A stretch of DNA of 63,559 bases, counting the filler, from Sphacelaria rigidula (lineage: Eukaryota): assembly GCA_964200075.2 (NCBI GenBank). It is 4 parts of 4 records of this genome, joined end to end, with 100 filler letters (N's around TTAATTAATTAA, not from the genome) between each part and the next. Parts side by side here need not be neighbours in the genome. Positions count along the whole stretch, not along the records: positions 31,845 to 47,655 come from CAXNAA020001582.1; 3 more parts are not named here. One strand, written 5' to 3'. Positions 35,720-47,755 of the stretch are shown here, one piece after another (within the stretch, counting starts at the first letter, position 1; the number at the start of each line of letters is the position of its first letter). The notes below the pieces were generated by a model, which was not told where the DNA came from, searched no databases, and saw only the letters and a program-made list of their open reading frames with translations. Made by a program: the position numbers and the translations under genes.

Positions 35720-38700
35720 CGAAGGCTATCAGGTTCGTAGTCGCCTGTGCCCTCACGGACACGTCAAAGCCGGGAGAAGAGAGGAGCGCATCTAGATTGG
35801 GCTGAACACTACTGTGGGTCGAGTTCCCAGCGACAACCACCTGTTGTTTTGATAGGCGCTCACGCTCGGGCCGGGGTATAAACAGGAGAGAAGGGTCGCA
35901 AAATAATAGGGTCGTACGGAAGGGGCTTTCGAGTCAGCGACAGCAACGGCACGGCACTAATACCATCTTCAGGTGATGGTAGACTCGCCGCGGCCAATGC
36001 GTATTTTTCGACAGCATAGGGAGGCGCGTACGTCCAATGGCGTTGCAAGTCGCTCCCCAGACAGGGAACGTATCGACTACACCATCACATTTTGAGCCCA
36101 GCGCCGGCTTCTTCGAGTTCGAGACGTCACTGTCCACCTGCGACCGCCCAACTCGCTGGACTCAGACCGGTTTATTGTGTGCGCAGTAGTTCAACTTCTC
36201 GGCAGATTTTTCACCCAGCAAACAACGGCAAGCAGCCGCCACTGGGCGCAAGCCCACAGACAGGCAGGCGAACAATAACGCCTGACGTCGACAGGCGTGA
36301 GCAACGCATACAGCTCAGCGACAGCGAGCCTGTGCAGGGCGAACCCAAAGGTACTGTCGGTAAACTGCCCCGCCAACTTCCCCGACACACTTTTGAGGTT
36401 CACCTCCAAGATGATGACGTGTCTAAATCGGCAGCCCCGAGTACGAGGGTCGTCCGAGGATGGTGGTATTCAAGCCGAGTTCGAAGAGGCCTGGAATATG
36501 ACGAAGGAGGGGGCGATGTTGGCAATGACAATACGGCTAAGAGGTGGTTCCAAATGGTGCGCTTTTGCGGAAAGCGCACAGGAGACGCGAGGAGATTATT
36601 TAGGCTGGATCCAGGTGGTGGGACGCACGGGAGAGAGCTACAGGAGTTGATTAAATCCGGGAATATGTGCGGCTGGTACCAGTTTTTCGAAGGGGGGCGG
36701 GAGCAAGAGGGAAGCGAGCCAGAGGGAAAACCACAACGGCACTTTTCTACTTTTCCTGAATACAACATATGCCACTCTAAATTCGGCCGTCATCGAGAGC
36801 ATTACATCACTGCGGACAGCTATGTCGTTTGGAGGCCCGCCAAATTCTGGACGACACAAAAGTGTTGTTGAGAGCTATGGCCAACGGGAAACGCAATGGG
36901 GCCGGATGGGCTACCTGCTGAACCCCTGAAGTTTGAAATGGTCGAGCAGCCTTTCATAGGCCCTGTGCGACTTCCGCAACGCCATCGTTGCGATTGGACG
37001 TCCGATGAAGTACGATCAGAGTGGAAGGACGCCGCGACTAAAGTACGACACAACTAGAAACATAGGACCGAGTCTAGTACCCACAGGGGCATCATCTCCC
37101 TCGTGGCGCATGACGGTCGAGTTTTCTTCACATCCGTAGCTAAACAGGCCTGTAAAATTTTGCGAGGACGCAGGGGTTCCGGCGTCATTGATTAACCACC
37201 GACATGATGTTCGTCGCAGGCCGACCTCAGGAGGTGTCACGGGCGAACAATGTTCCTCTGAACATTTTGCTTTCATCGGCCTGCAGAAGGTGTAAGATTT
37301 CTTCGGCCGTACGCTGCTGTGAGAGGCGCTTGCCCATGCATGAATCCCGCCGCATGTTCGACGATAGTATGTGCGCTCGGGTACAGCTGGATGATGGCGA
37401 ATTGTCAGCACGGTTTTACGTCTGCCAGGGACTCAGGAAGGGATGCGTTTTGTCTCTGCTACTGTTTAGCGTCTCCGCATCAGCGATTGAAGTGATTTTG
37501 CCGCGTTTTGCGGCGGGCTCTTTCATCGTGTCATACTTGGCGTGTCTCGATGATGCATCGAAATATGAGGATAATAAAACTCATATTTCCTCTGTGTCAC
37601 ATAAGTTAGAGTTAAGTTGTTATGGGGGCCATGTCCCTTTGGGTATAACAGTGTCAGTGACGATGCTATGGTTGAGTTTGTTGGGGAGATAAAAGCGCAG
37701 ACCAAGCTAGTGAGGGATAAAAAAGAAAAAGAAAAACGAAGTCGTATTTCTACGGTATACGTAAGGTGAATAAGAGTGTACCCAATGTTGTGATTTTTGT
37801 GATTTTTTATTTTTATTTGCGAAAAAAGCACTAAAAAAATACAGATTCCCCCCCCCTACCTTCACACAGTCGAGATGGACTCGCTCACGAGTACCCCCCC
37901 CACCTCGCCAACGGGGCGCCGATATAATCTTTGGCCGCCGATAAGCAATGTTGGTTATATTGCGACTATTGTTTCGCCTGGCTCGTCGAGTGTGTCCAAG
38001 CGTGCCTCTTCAAGGTACACTGCCCAACACTCTGGAAGTTAGGCGACAACGGCAGAGGACAGACACGTTGCGAAGGGTTGTAAGATACGATGAAGAGACC
38101 TTTCAAAAGGCTTGGGACTTTCTAGCATCGAATTCCAGTGATGACGAGGACGATATATTGGTATTTTTCGACGTGTTTTTGCCCCCGGAGAAGGGGCGGA
38201 ATACGGTCACTTTTGAGCAGAGTGATTGTTTTTCGGCCGTTCGACCGCGTCGAAGTAGCGACATCTGTTGAAAGATAAAAATGGGTTTGACTTGAAAAAA
38301 AAAAATGCCTTAGAAGAAACGAATAAAGAAGCGGACGTAGCCAAGGGTCCGTACAAACTACCATAGCGTATGGGAGACAGCAAATATAGGACAGGTCACT
38401 GGAGAGGGTGCAAAGCGCCACGTGGGGAATGTTGTGCGTGGATGACACAGTCAAGGGCTTGGGGTCTCTTGGTGCGCTTGCTGGGGTGATGCTTGTGACG
38501 ACTGTGGCCTGCCAGGAGTTCGGGCTAAGATATGACTGTTCGGGCTGACGAGATGGTCGAATATAGCAGAGGTCATGCGTTCGTGGCCAGTACCCAGCTC
38601 CTCAGAGACCGCACTACACATCAAGATGGCAGGACCACAGTATAAAGCAGATGGCCGACTTTGTCAGCCTTCGTGGTGCTATCAGCGGAGACGTGGATAT

Positions 38701-39800
38701 TTTGATTTGAATTGCGCGCCGCATCACCGCTATGTGGGCATGCCTCCTGGAGTATGACTTCAGCCTCTACGATCAACCAAATGCTCTGCTATCGCTCAAA
38801 AAACGCTCGCTCAAAGGGAAGGTGGTGGAAGCTGTTTCATACAGGTGTGCTACGTAGAAGCTGCGCCCAGAAGACTTTGACGGGCCGCGCCCCGCCCAGC
38901 AAATTGGTTCCCTGCGAGCAGTTGGCTTCCACAGGATCGTTCGCATCGGACACGGGAATCTTTCATGTAGAGCTGCGCTCATGACGAGCAGATGCCAATA
39001 TATCTTGACGACCATTCGAAGGCGTAGACTTTGATTCGCGAGGGCCCTGGGAGCGAGAAACATTCCCCGAAACGAATCATGCGTGGAAGAGTGGCCACAA
39101 GAGGACTAAAAAACAGACTGGCCGGCCTCTGAAACACGGGGGGAGCCACCTCGAGGAGAACCTGCGTGCCTTAGGGTCTGTTCCACATGAGGGAAAACGA
39201 AGTGCGTAAATAGTTGTTTTTCGATGTTGAGATCAAAGGCTCGCACATCAAACTCACTGCCGGTAAGGATGCGGGCAACTAACTCATGGGGGGTCGAAAG
39301 TGGGGCAGAGAAATTCGATGAGACCTGGCGACGCGAAAATTTCCGTCACTCCGATGCTCACCACAAGCAAGGGGCTGTTGCATTGGAAGCCGCCGAGACG
39401 ACAGCTGCCACCGCTGTCATGACAACAGAGAACCAGCCTGTGAGAGCTCGAATTCAGAAATGGTGGAAAATGTGGCCCGATTTTTTTGCCTCAAGAGGGA
39501 TCGGAAGGAGAGGGTGCGTAATGCGGAAGCTGTTGCCCTTTTATTGTGTTATTCTATTGTTTTGTTTTGTTTTGTTTTGTTTTCTTGGCGTTTGGCTCGG
39601 GCGATGTTTCCTATTATAGCCATGTTTCCAGTTCACGCTCTGCTTTGATTTTTAGGCTACTTCTCTTTCCCCCCTTTTCCTTTTTTTTGCACTTTTGTTC
39701 CGTCCGTCTTTCATGTTTTTTCTCTCCCTTTCGGTCGGTTAGTGTGCGTCCTTCCCCTGCAGAGTTGGCGGCTGAGACTTCCTGCCTAAAGAGCACGGTC
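35720..39800 (+). mobile_element. Decayed RTE-like LINE with reverse transcriptase remnants, interrupted at about 37582-38389
   Basis: AMGPDGLPAE, EWKDAA, QGLRKGCVLSLLLF (RT motif QGLRQG) and WGMLCVDD (decayed YADD). Multiple stops and frameshifts. Confidence 0.82.
37582..38389. mobile_element. About 0.8-kb insertion with imperfect TIRs inside the LINE RT
   Basis: Splits the RT coding sequence between DDAS.. and ..WGML. Ends catatttcctctgtgtcacata / tatgggagacagcaaatatag are imperfectly inverted. Confidence 0.55.
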
Positions 39801-41023
39801 TCTAGGCATGTAGCTGGGATCCAACCTACTACGAATACCACGACCCACCTTTTGCACGACCTCCTCAGGCCCATCAATATCGACACTTCTTTTTTTTGCG
39901 AGATCTCAGAAATTGTCGGACTTTTCGGAATCTGCGTTCAGACTTCTCCGAAAACCGAAGTGGCTTGATCTTTTCTCCGAACGTTCAGTTTTGGAGAAGT
40001 CCAAAAAATTCTGACTGCGACGCAGCACTTCGGAGTGCTGCTGCCCTGTGTGTCGTGTACGCCGTGGCACTCGCAAGCAGTCGAGAGTCATCAGACACCT
40101 TGCCAGTCCCGGAATTTATTCTCCGAAAAAACGGCGTTGACAGTAATAGGCGTTTTCTGGACTCCTGTCCGGGGCCTGTTGGGGTTTGATCGAGACATGT
40201 AAATAGGTCTGAGCTTTCAGTGTTGTCCCCGTTCCCGTTCTATTTTTTTTCCCCGTCTTACCGTTTTTTTCGTTTTTCTCCACTTCACTCTGTTTCCCCT
40301 CCCTTTTTTTCTCTTCGTTTACCCCTTTTCTCCAGCGTTCTTCAGCAAGATTTTTTCTTTGTTTGCCTTGTAGCCCTGACTGAGCAAGGTGTTGCTCAGC
40401 GCTTTTCATGTTTTTCATAAAATCATCAATCAGATATTCACACCTTTCGGTGGAAGCCGCTTGGATCCTCTGAAGGCTCTCCTCATTAGGACTGCCGCCA
40501 GTTTCGGATACTCTGCATGTCACCACTCTTTGTCGGTGCTTGTGCGAGATGAAGGGTCTCCAAGAGGCAACGCCTTTCGCCGGCTAGCGTTGGGAAATGT
40601 GCCGTATCTTTTCTGCATGCCTGAGGTGGCCACACTAACCATCTAGCTAGCTTTTCCCACATACACCAAAAAGATTTGTGGAGAGGAAGACCGTGCACCT
40701 GCCTCCCTTAAAACATGGCAACATGCCTGCTAGACACTTACTGGGAGGATATTTAGTTTTGCTTTGTGCCATTCGCTCAACAACTAATTTCCACCTAGCG
40801 CGTATCTACGCCTACAATTGTTATCCTCCAACGTTCTGCGGGACTGTCAGCAGGCGAAAACTCGGAACATTTCACACCCTGGAGAATATATGGTCAATGT
40901 TTGACAAAAGACGAGAAAGCGTACTGCGCAGAGTATAGACCTATTGCAACTATTGCCGGCCGACAATGGTTGCAATAGGCCTATACTTCACCCCGTTCAT
41001 GTTTTGTCTATTGCAACTATTCA

Positions 41024-41283
41024 CACGTCGGACAGATCATGACCCATCTGAAAATTACCTCCTCTCAGTATACTGATCCGGATCATGATCCGGATCATTT
41101 TGCCCCTCTTTTCCATGTTTGCTCCCTACAGCGCCGGACGCCGAGCACGCCGTGTAGCACAAAGGTTGCGCTTTGGCTTCTCTGACTCCGCGGTCACGTA
41201 TCTTGTGTTTTTGGACCAACGGATCCGAGAATTTTCTTCGAAAAAAAGTTATTTCAGACAGACCATGATCTGTCCGACGTGTG
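41024..41283. mobile_element. MITE with 20-bp perfect inverted repeats; related element at about 2320-2590
   Basis: cacacgtcggacagatcatg / catgatctgtccgacgtgtg. The gatccggatc motif is shared with 2520. Confidence 0.65.
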
Positions 41284-42960
41284 CAGCTATTGACCATACG
41301 TTGTCCACGGTGTGGAATATTCAGCATGGACGATCGAAGACACTAGTCTTCTACAGACACTAGTTGCGGGTTTTTTCTTGAATTGGTATTCACCACACTC
41401 TCAGGTTCATCTCCAGGTAACTTCTTGTCGTATTATATTTGTGTCCATACGTATGTGTCTATCTCGTCCCCGCCCCTAGTCCGACAACCGAGATGAGCGT
41501 GTTGAATCTGACGAAGACTCCATGGGGGAGCGCGAGCTTGAGGAGCTGCGACAAGATGAGCTGAACATCCACAAGGAGGTGTGTTGGAGAAAACGAGGTG
41601 TCATTATTCGGCTTCGACGTCGTGTGCTCGATGGAATCAGAAACAAAAAACATCGCCCGTTTCGCCTGCAGCGGTTGCCTGTACCCATTTTTTTTTGCGG
41701 TGTGGATGATTCTTCTGTGCTTACCTGTTGATACCCGCGGGCAGGTCATTTTTTTCTTCTGTTCGTTCTCTCCTTGTCCTCTGTTTCGCTTTTTTTTTTT
41801 TCCCGTTGTCCCTTTCCGCGAGTGAGTTGCCTTCAGCGAGCGTTTCTTCCTCTGCTTATGCACCTTGGATATGTCGGTATTGTAATCATGGATCGCTTCT
41901 TCGCGAACGATATCCTGTACGGCAACCAACCGAACAATCTATCAGCCGACGAAGAGTATTCATGTGCTCGAGCGCGCGTGTGTCATGCATCATGGACACT
42001 TTCTACGATAGCCCCCCCTCCAAAACAAGTGCCTGGTTTGGGGCGGCAAAATCTTCGCATAAATTAAAATGGACAAACCCGAGCACAACGAGCAGCTGGA
42101 AATTCCCACGGTTGGGTTCGTTCTCGCCAATGTCGCCCACATGAGGCGCTTAATGCAGCGTGAACCCAAACATCAGGCGCTGTATGTCCATATTTTCATG
42201 ACACTTTCAGGCTGTTTTTTTTTGGGGGGGGGGTATCGTAGAAAGTGTCAATGGCTTTGGATGCCTTGAGCAATCTTGTGACACCCTCGCGTCGTTTACG
42301 TTGCAACTCGTTCTGTCACGCGATCAGCCACAGCAACAGCATGCGCGCGACAGTGTGGCTTGTATATCTATAAACAGATTATCTTGAAGTATGAGCTTAT
42401 CTCACATTTGAATGAGTTTCAGCTCCACAACGGTGCTGACCTTGACCTCAAGTCATAACAAATGACCTTCATATGGACGACCTCATGCTCCCCGACACCC
42501 CTGAGACTATTTTTGGGGGTTTCCCGTCCTCAGTGCCTCCAAAGGGTATGTGCGAAAGCACCACTTTCTGGCTGAAAGCGTTCCTTTTTTCACATCAAGG
42601 GGGAGACACGCGACTATAATAACGACCAGCGTCCCGTAATTTCAGAACAGCACAATGCGATGTTCTGACCATCTTACTTGCTCGCTCGGCAACAGGAATA
42701 CACGGCGTGCTTTCAGCACTAAAATTGCTGCTGCACAACACTACCGAGGCGAAACCAAAATCTCATCGCACATCTCACCGACGACCGTCAGATCACACCG
42801 CAGCCGTAGAAAAAACTGTTGGTAAACTGTTTCCGCCGAACACGAACCCTCATACGCTTGCCGTACAGTAGTTAACAAATCACTATTCATGTTTGTCTTG
42901 AACATTCCTTATTTCCCTTGGAAAACCCACATCAACACCTCCCATCGCATTTCACATCAG

Positions 42961-43533
42961 ATTATCTTCGAGGGGGAAGATACTCGCGGACGGCCGTCCC
43001 CGGGAGATATCGTGCGCATGCACTACACCTGCTCCCTTCCCGCGGCCGCTGATTCCGGCCCCGCCGCTGAACGTGCCGCCGCCGCCGCTGCATTGCGAGG
43101 GCACAAGACCACTCCCGTCGCTGGCGTCGTCGCTGGCGACGCCGCCGCAGGTGGCCAGGGTACAGTGGTCGAAAATTCCAGGAAAAACCGTCGGCGACCG
43201 TTAGAGTTCGTGGTAGGCGAGAAGCAGGTAGTGAAGGGGATAGATAGAGTAATCATGACCATGCTGTACGGGGAAAGGGCCAAGGTGACAGTCACTGCGG
43301 GGTATGCTTACGGAGACAAGGGGTACCCGCCAATTGTCCCACCGCGGTCGCCGTTGGTGTTCGATTTGAATTTGTTGAACTTTTGGCCGAGGCCGCGATG
43401 GCAGAAACCGCTCGTGCAGGTTTTGTCGGAGCCTTACAGGGAGGTTCCGTACGCTCGGCGTGAGCCGGTGGCCGAAATAGTTGAAGAGGATTCCGTTGCC
43501 GCAGATGTGCCTTATGGGAAGTGGCGAAAGTGA
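42961..43533 (+). CDS. FKBP-type peptidyl-prolyl isomerase domain protein, terminal exon (upstream exon not identified)
   Basis: Acceptor catcag|. PGDIVRMHYT..PLEFVVGEKQVVKG..GERAKVTVTAGYAYGDKGYPPIVPPRSPLVFDLNLL matches the FKBP_C fold signature. Stop TGA. Confidence 0.88.
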   Translation: MIFEGEDTRGRPSPGDIVRMHYTCSLPAAADSGPAAERAAAAAALRGHKTTPVAGVVAGDAAAGGQGTVVENSRKNRRRPLEFVVGEKQVVKGIDRVIMTMLYGERAKVTVTAGYAYGDKGYPPIVPPRSPLVFDLNLLNFWPRPRWQKPLVQVLSEPYREVPYARREPVAEIVEEDSVAADVPYGKWRK

Positions 43534-43654
43534 TTATCGATGGTGGGTACGGCTTGCTTGTTGGTACTGTTGCTGTTGCTCATGCTGCTGCTGCTGGCGT
43601 TGTTGTCTTTTTCGCGTTCAAAGCTCTTGTAAATGATACTAGGGACAACACAAC

Positions 43655-43685
<31 letters not shown>

Positions 43686-44945
43686 CCATCCACCGATACT
43701 CACGCGGCGCGTCAAGTTTTTTCTCATTTAATATCTACGTGTGTGAGACCGGGCACATAGGAGAGGAAGGGGTTCATCAGAGGTGTGACTGACGTCGAGA
43801 GAGACTGTATCTCGCAAGCTCTCTACTGTTATCTCGTAGGCGCGTCATCTTACATACGATTTGCCGACAAATCGCAAGGAAAGCCAATCAATCCGTGTTC
43901 GAGCACAAGGTTGCACGGCGTTGATGTAACCATAGGTTATTACCGGTCTACCCCCTCTGCTGAAACGTATCGTCCGAGAGAGAAAAACCACCGACTGACC
44001 CCGCATGGAATCACAATTGCATGGGGTTTTCCTTGAAACTGCTTCAACTATTGTGCGCCGCTTTGTCGAAGAAACGAGACACGAGCAACTTCACACACCC
44101 GACGAATCACTGGCCGTTGGGGTCACACGGAGCCGGCCACGGACAGTAGTAAGCTCCGATCGAACGTTCCACCGGTCATTATCACCATCTCGTTGGTGTT
44201 CACAGCAATGGAATTGGCAAATGAGTGAGCGTCGCCCCGCACACCGTCATTGTTTAACACTTTGCCATTTCACCGATGAAAAATTATTTTCGTTCTCGTG
44301 ACCACTCGGAAAACTGTTGCATCATTCTGTCCCGTCATTCCGTCTGTCAACAACAGAAAATTGAGAAATATTTTGGGCAATTTACAGCCAAAAAGGTTTT
44401 TGGCGGAATTCCCGTGGTTTTTAAAGTGGGAAGGTATCGATCGGCGTACGTGAAAAAGATAATGCTCCACAGGGGGTAAAGGAGCAAGGGCGACTGTTTG
44501 ATCATTTTTTTATATATTTCCCCCTTTGGGATTGCACACGCGACACTTGAGCCTTTGATCGTCAAAGATTTTAGTATCCTCTTTTCTACGAACACCCATG
44601 AATAAAATCAAATAACTCTAGAAATGTTGCATTGGGATACAGTATATACATAGACTCGCTGGAAAATGACCATATATATATATATATATATTTCGCAATT
44701 AAAGCATTGACCGGTTCGCAACTGAACGGATAACATCACCATCTTTGCTTCCCGATCAAGGGTCCGTGCGCATGGAATATGACGCCAGGTCCGTGGTTGG
44801 GCACATGAAATGAAAAAGCTTTTCACCCTCTTCGCGTTGGACACTCAAAACATACGAAGACCTGCACCTGAATGAAGATATAAGCAACGACGGTGGCGAT
44901 ATGATGGGTGTCCCCGATTCACCACGGCAAATGTGGATAGGCCAT

Positions 44946-45402
44946 AAACACGAGATTTTAGAAATTGGGGATGGATTTTTTAATGAGGATGAGAAACGCG
45001 GAGAACGAAAATCTTCGTATCCACACCAAATATTCAATAATCGAATTATGGTTCCATTTCTTCACTTGCTGGTAGCTATTGACGACTAGTACACGCCATA
45101 CAAATTTGGACTTCGATAACCGAAATGTCGGGGTCCTAGGTGAAAAAACAATTTTGAGGAATTTCGGCGATCTGATCGGATCATCAAAATATCCCAAAAT
45201 TGTTTCTTCACCTAAGACCCCAACATGTCGGTTATCATGATACAAATTTGTATGGCATGTAGTAGTTGTCAATACAGTAGCTACCAGTAGGTGAAGGAGT
45301 GGAACTATACTTCGAAAAAAATGTGTGGATACGATTTTTTTTATTCTCCGGGTTCTCATCCTCATTAAAAAATTCACCCCCAATTTGTAAAATTCGGTGT
45401 TC
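44946..45402. mobile_element. Foldback element: about 225-bp imperfect inverted arms with almost no spacer
   Basis: Paired blocks include ttttttaatgaggatgagaa / ttctcatcctcattaaaaaa, cgtatccacac / gtgtggatacg and ccatacaaatttg / caaatttgtatgg. Centre near 45175. Confidence 0.8.
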
Positions 45403-45694
45403 ATACGTGTAGGTTTCCCGGCAATTCTGTTTCCGTCTTCTCAGAACGGTCGTCGTAACCGGCTGGTGTTCTTGTCGTTTCTCGACAACTACGCTGGCTT
45501 CGCGATCGAGCATGGAAGAAAATGTCGATCAAGTGAAGAGCCCTGCATGTAGGAAACTGTTACTGTGTCCTCCTACCTTCACAACACGCCATAAGTGCCC
45601 ACGAGGTACTATATATGAAGCAGTATTTCCGCCGTTTCCGGCAGTCCCGTAACTACGAACATATCCCCGTCCTCCTACATATTGCCTCGTACAA

Positions 45695-46271
45695 GAGTCA
45701 CGACTGTCGTGCTACGGTAGGGGTGCACGAAGTTTTTCTGGGCCGGCGTACTGGAGTTAGACGTACACCCTCGCGCACGTGCCCTGGTGCAGTTAGGCCG
45801 AAGTTGCGGCTGGACGAAAGGCGATCCTCTCGCAGCAAAACATCAAACACCACAAATTATGAAGGGAAAAAACGTTCCATTGCTGTGTTGTTTTACAACA
45901 CGCAGGAAAAATACCTTAGACAACAACGTTTCCGTGAAATTTGAGAGTAGAGCGCGGATTAAGAGTGGCTTTGATTATTCGCTTCAACTTAGCCAATCTT
46001 CCATTCCGTCTGTGCTCTTCTTTGCCTCCATCGCTGGCATGTGCTTAAAGCTACACGTCGATATCCTACTCAGGGATATCAAGCGCCTCAGTGGCAAGCT
46101 ACTACAGAAAGAATAATGGGCCTCATGGAGGGGGATTTCGAAAATGAAACGATTCACTCACTGAGTGGTCGCTTTTCACTCTCAATCGTATCCTCTACTC
46201 TCAATCTCACGAAAACACTGTTAGACGCGTTTTGACCAAGAAAGTGCACCCCTACCATAGCAGCACGACTC
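45695..46271. mobile_element. Element with gctacggtaggggtgcac inverted ends, carrying a nested MITE at 45921-46222
   Basis: gctacggtaggggtgcac at about 45711 and gtgcacccctaccatagc at about 46244. The nested MITE is flanked by AGAC on both sides. Confidence 0.6.
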
Positions 46272-46829
46272 ATTGATCATAAGGTAGAGCTCGGGATGTT
46301 TTTTCTAACCATTTACCTGTTGAATGGTATGCGTAGCGCAACCATTAACCAATCAAATGGTATATAATGGTTTGGTCATCGAGCGGCGCAACCCCGCCGG
46401 CAGAGGGGGGCCCGCCGGAGGCACCGTGCCAAAGACACGTTCTTACGCGATTTGGCTTCACGAGAGCTGAAAAATACCTTCAATTTGGGGCAATTTTTGA
46501 GGGCTGTATGTATGTAGCATACGTAGCCGGTAACGACTTGTAAAGCCGGTAAGGGTAAACAATGATTTGTAACCATTATCCAAAAATCGTCTTCATGTAA
46601 CCATTACCATTTCCGAGCTCTATCATCCAAAAACGATACCACTACAATGATAATGGTCAGTTATAACTGGTATCATCTCCGAGATCTATCATCATGAAGT
46701 AATATTACTATCACTGCAAAAACGAGCGGTCACTGGTGATTCGTCGAACAACCCCCTACATGTACAAGTATACCATGCTGCGGAGACATACGTTGTTGCA
46801 AATGACGAACTTCCTCCCATGATTCATAG

Positions 46830-47351
46830 GAACAATGCTACGGTAGGGGTGCACTTTTTGCGCAGATTCTTTCTGGTTCAGGGGCTCCCCCAACGATTCT
46901 AGATGCACAAGAATATGGGAGGGATGCTACGGTAGGGGTGCATAAATATTTTCTGAGGTTAGATTTGTTAGGAGCCCTTTATCTCATGCCAAACACGACA
47001 TATGAAATATGTGAGAGTACGCCAGGATTACTATTCCAATGTGCTAGGGACGTCCGGAATACATTTGCAAACGGGGGTGCCCTGACCTATGTTCTTGTGC
47101 ATCTAGAATATTTACGAGCCCCTGAACCAGACAAGATTTCGCGCAAAAAGTGCACCCCTACCGTAGCATTGCTCATGGGTCAGAGTATCCCCTTTTGCAA
47201 ACTCATTCGGGATACCCCTGGAACATTGAAATAGTAGTCCTGGCGTGCTGCTCTCACATATTCCATTAGTCGTGTTTCGGATGAGAGAAAATGGGCTCCT
47301 AACGATCCCAACCTCGGAAAATATTTGTGTACCCCTACCGTAGCATCACTC
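46830..47351. mobile_element. Sola2-like MITE (4-bp TSD ATAG) containing an inverted copy of itself at 46919-47174 (TSD ATGG)
   Basis: Four termini with core atgctacggtaggggt(g/a)ca, GAG..CTC-type ends, and both TSDs readable directly. Confidence 0.8.
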
Positions 47352-47584
47352 ATAGATCTCCGAAATTTCGCAGTAACAAAACGCTCCTGACTCAGGAAAC
47401 CCACAGGTCTGAATCGCCCGTTTCTGGCCAGAAATTGCAACATCGCTTCTCCGAGTGTTGAGGAGGCCGTATCACCTTTTTTTTACCTGGGAAAAAGGTC
47501 AGAGCGAGGAAATATCGCGGTTCACACGGAGGGACTTTGTTCATGTGTCAGTATCCATGGGCTGGATCGCGGATGTCTTCGCAG

Positions 47585-47655
47585 GGGCAATGCTACGGTA
47601 GGGGTGCATTTTTTTCGCGAAATTTTGTCTTGTTTAGGGGGTCCTTACGATTCTA
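47585..47655. mobile_element. Third copy of the same MITE, truncated by the contig end
   Basis: gggcaatgctacggtaggggtgcattt...gattcta matches 46830-46900. Confidence 0.7.
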
Positions 47656-47755
47656 NNNNNNNNNNNNNNNNNNNNNNNNNNNNNNNNNNNNNNNNNNNNT
47701 TAATTAATTAANNNNNNNNNNNNNNNNNNNNNNNNNNNNNNNNNNNNNNNNNNNN
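47656..47755. other. Artificial contig linker
   Basis: 100 nt of N, TTAATTAATTAA, N. Confidence 0.97.

Noticed and set aside
36092-36871. 259-aa ORF as a host gene
   Set aside because: It lies inside a frameshifted LINE and reads partly off-frame.
18468-43533. Functional TRP-FKBP gene cluster (FKBPs bind the LPxPF motif of animal TRPC channels)
   Set aside because: The two genes are on different contigs joined by an artificial linker, so the adjacency carries no information.
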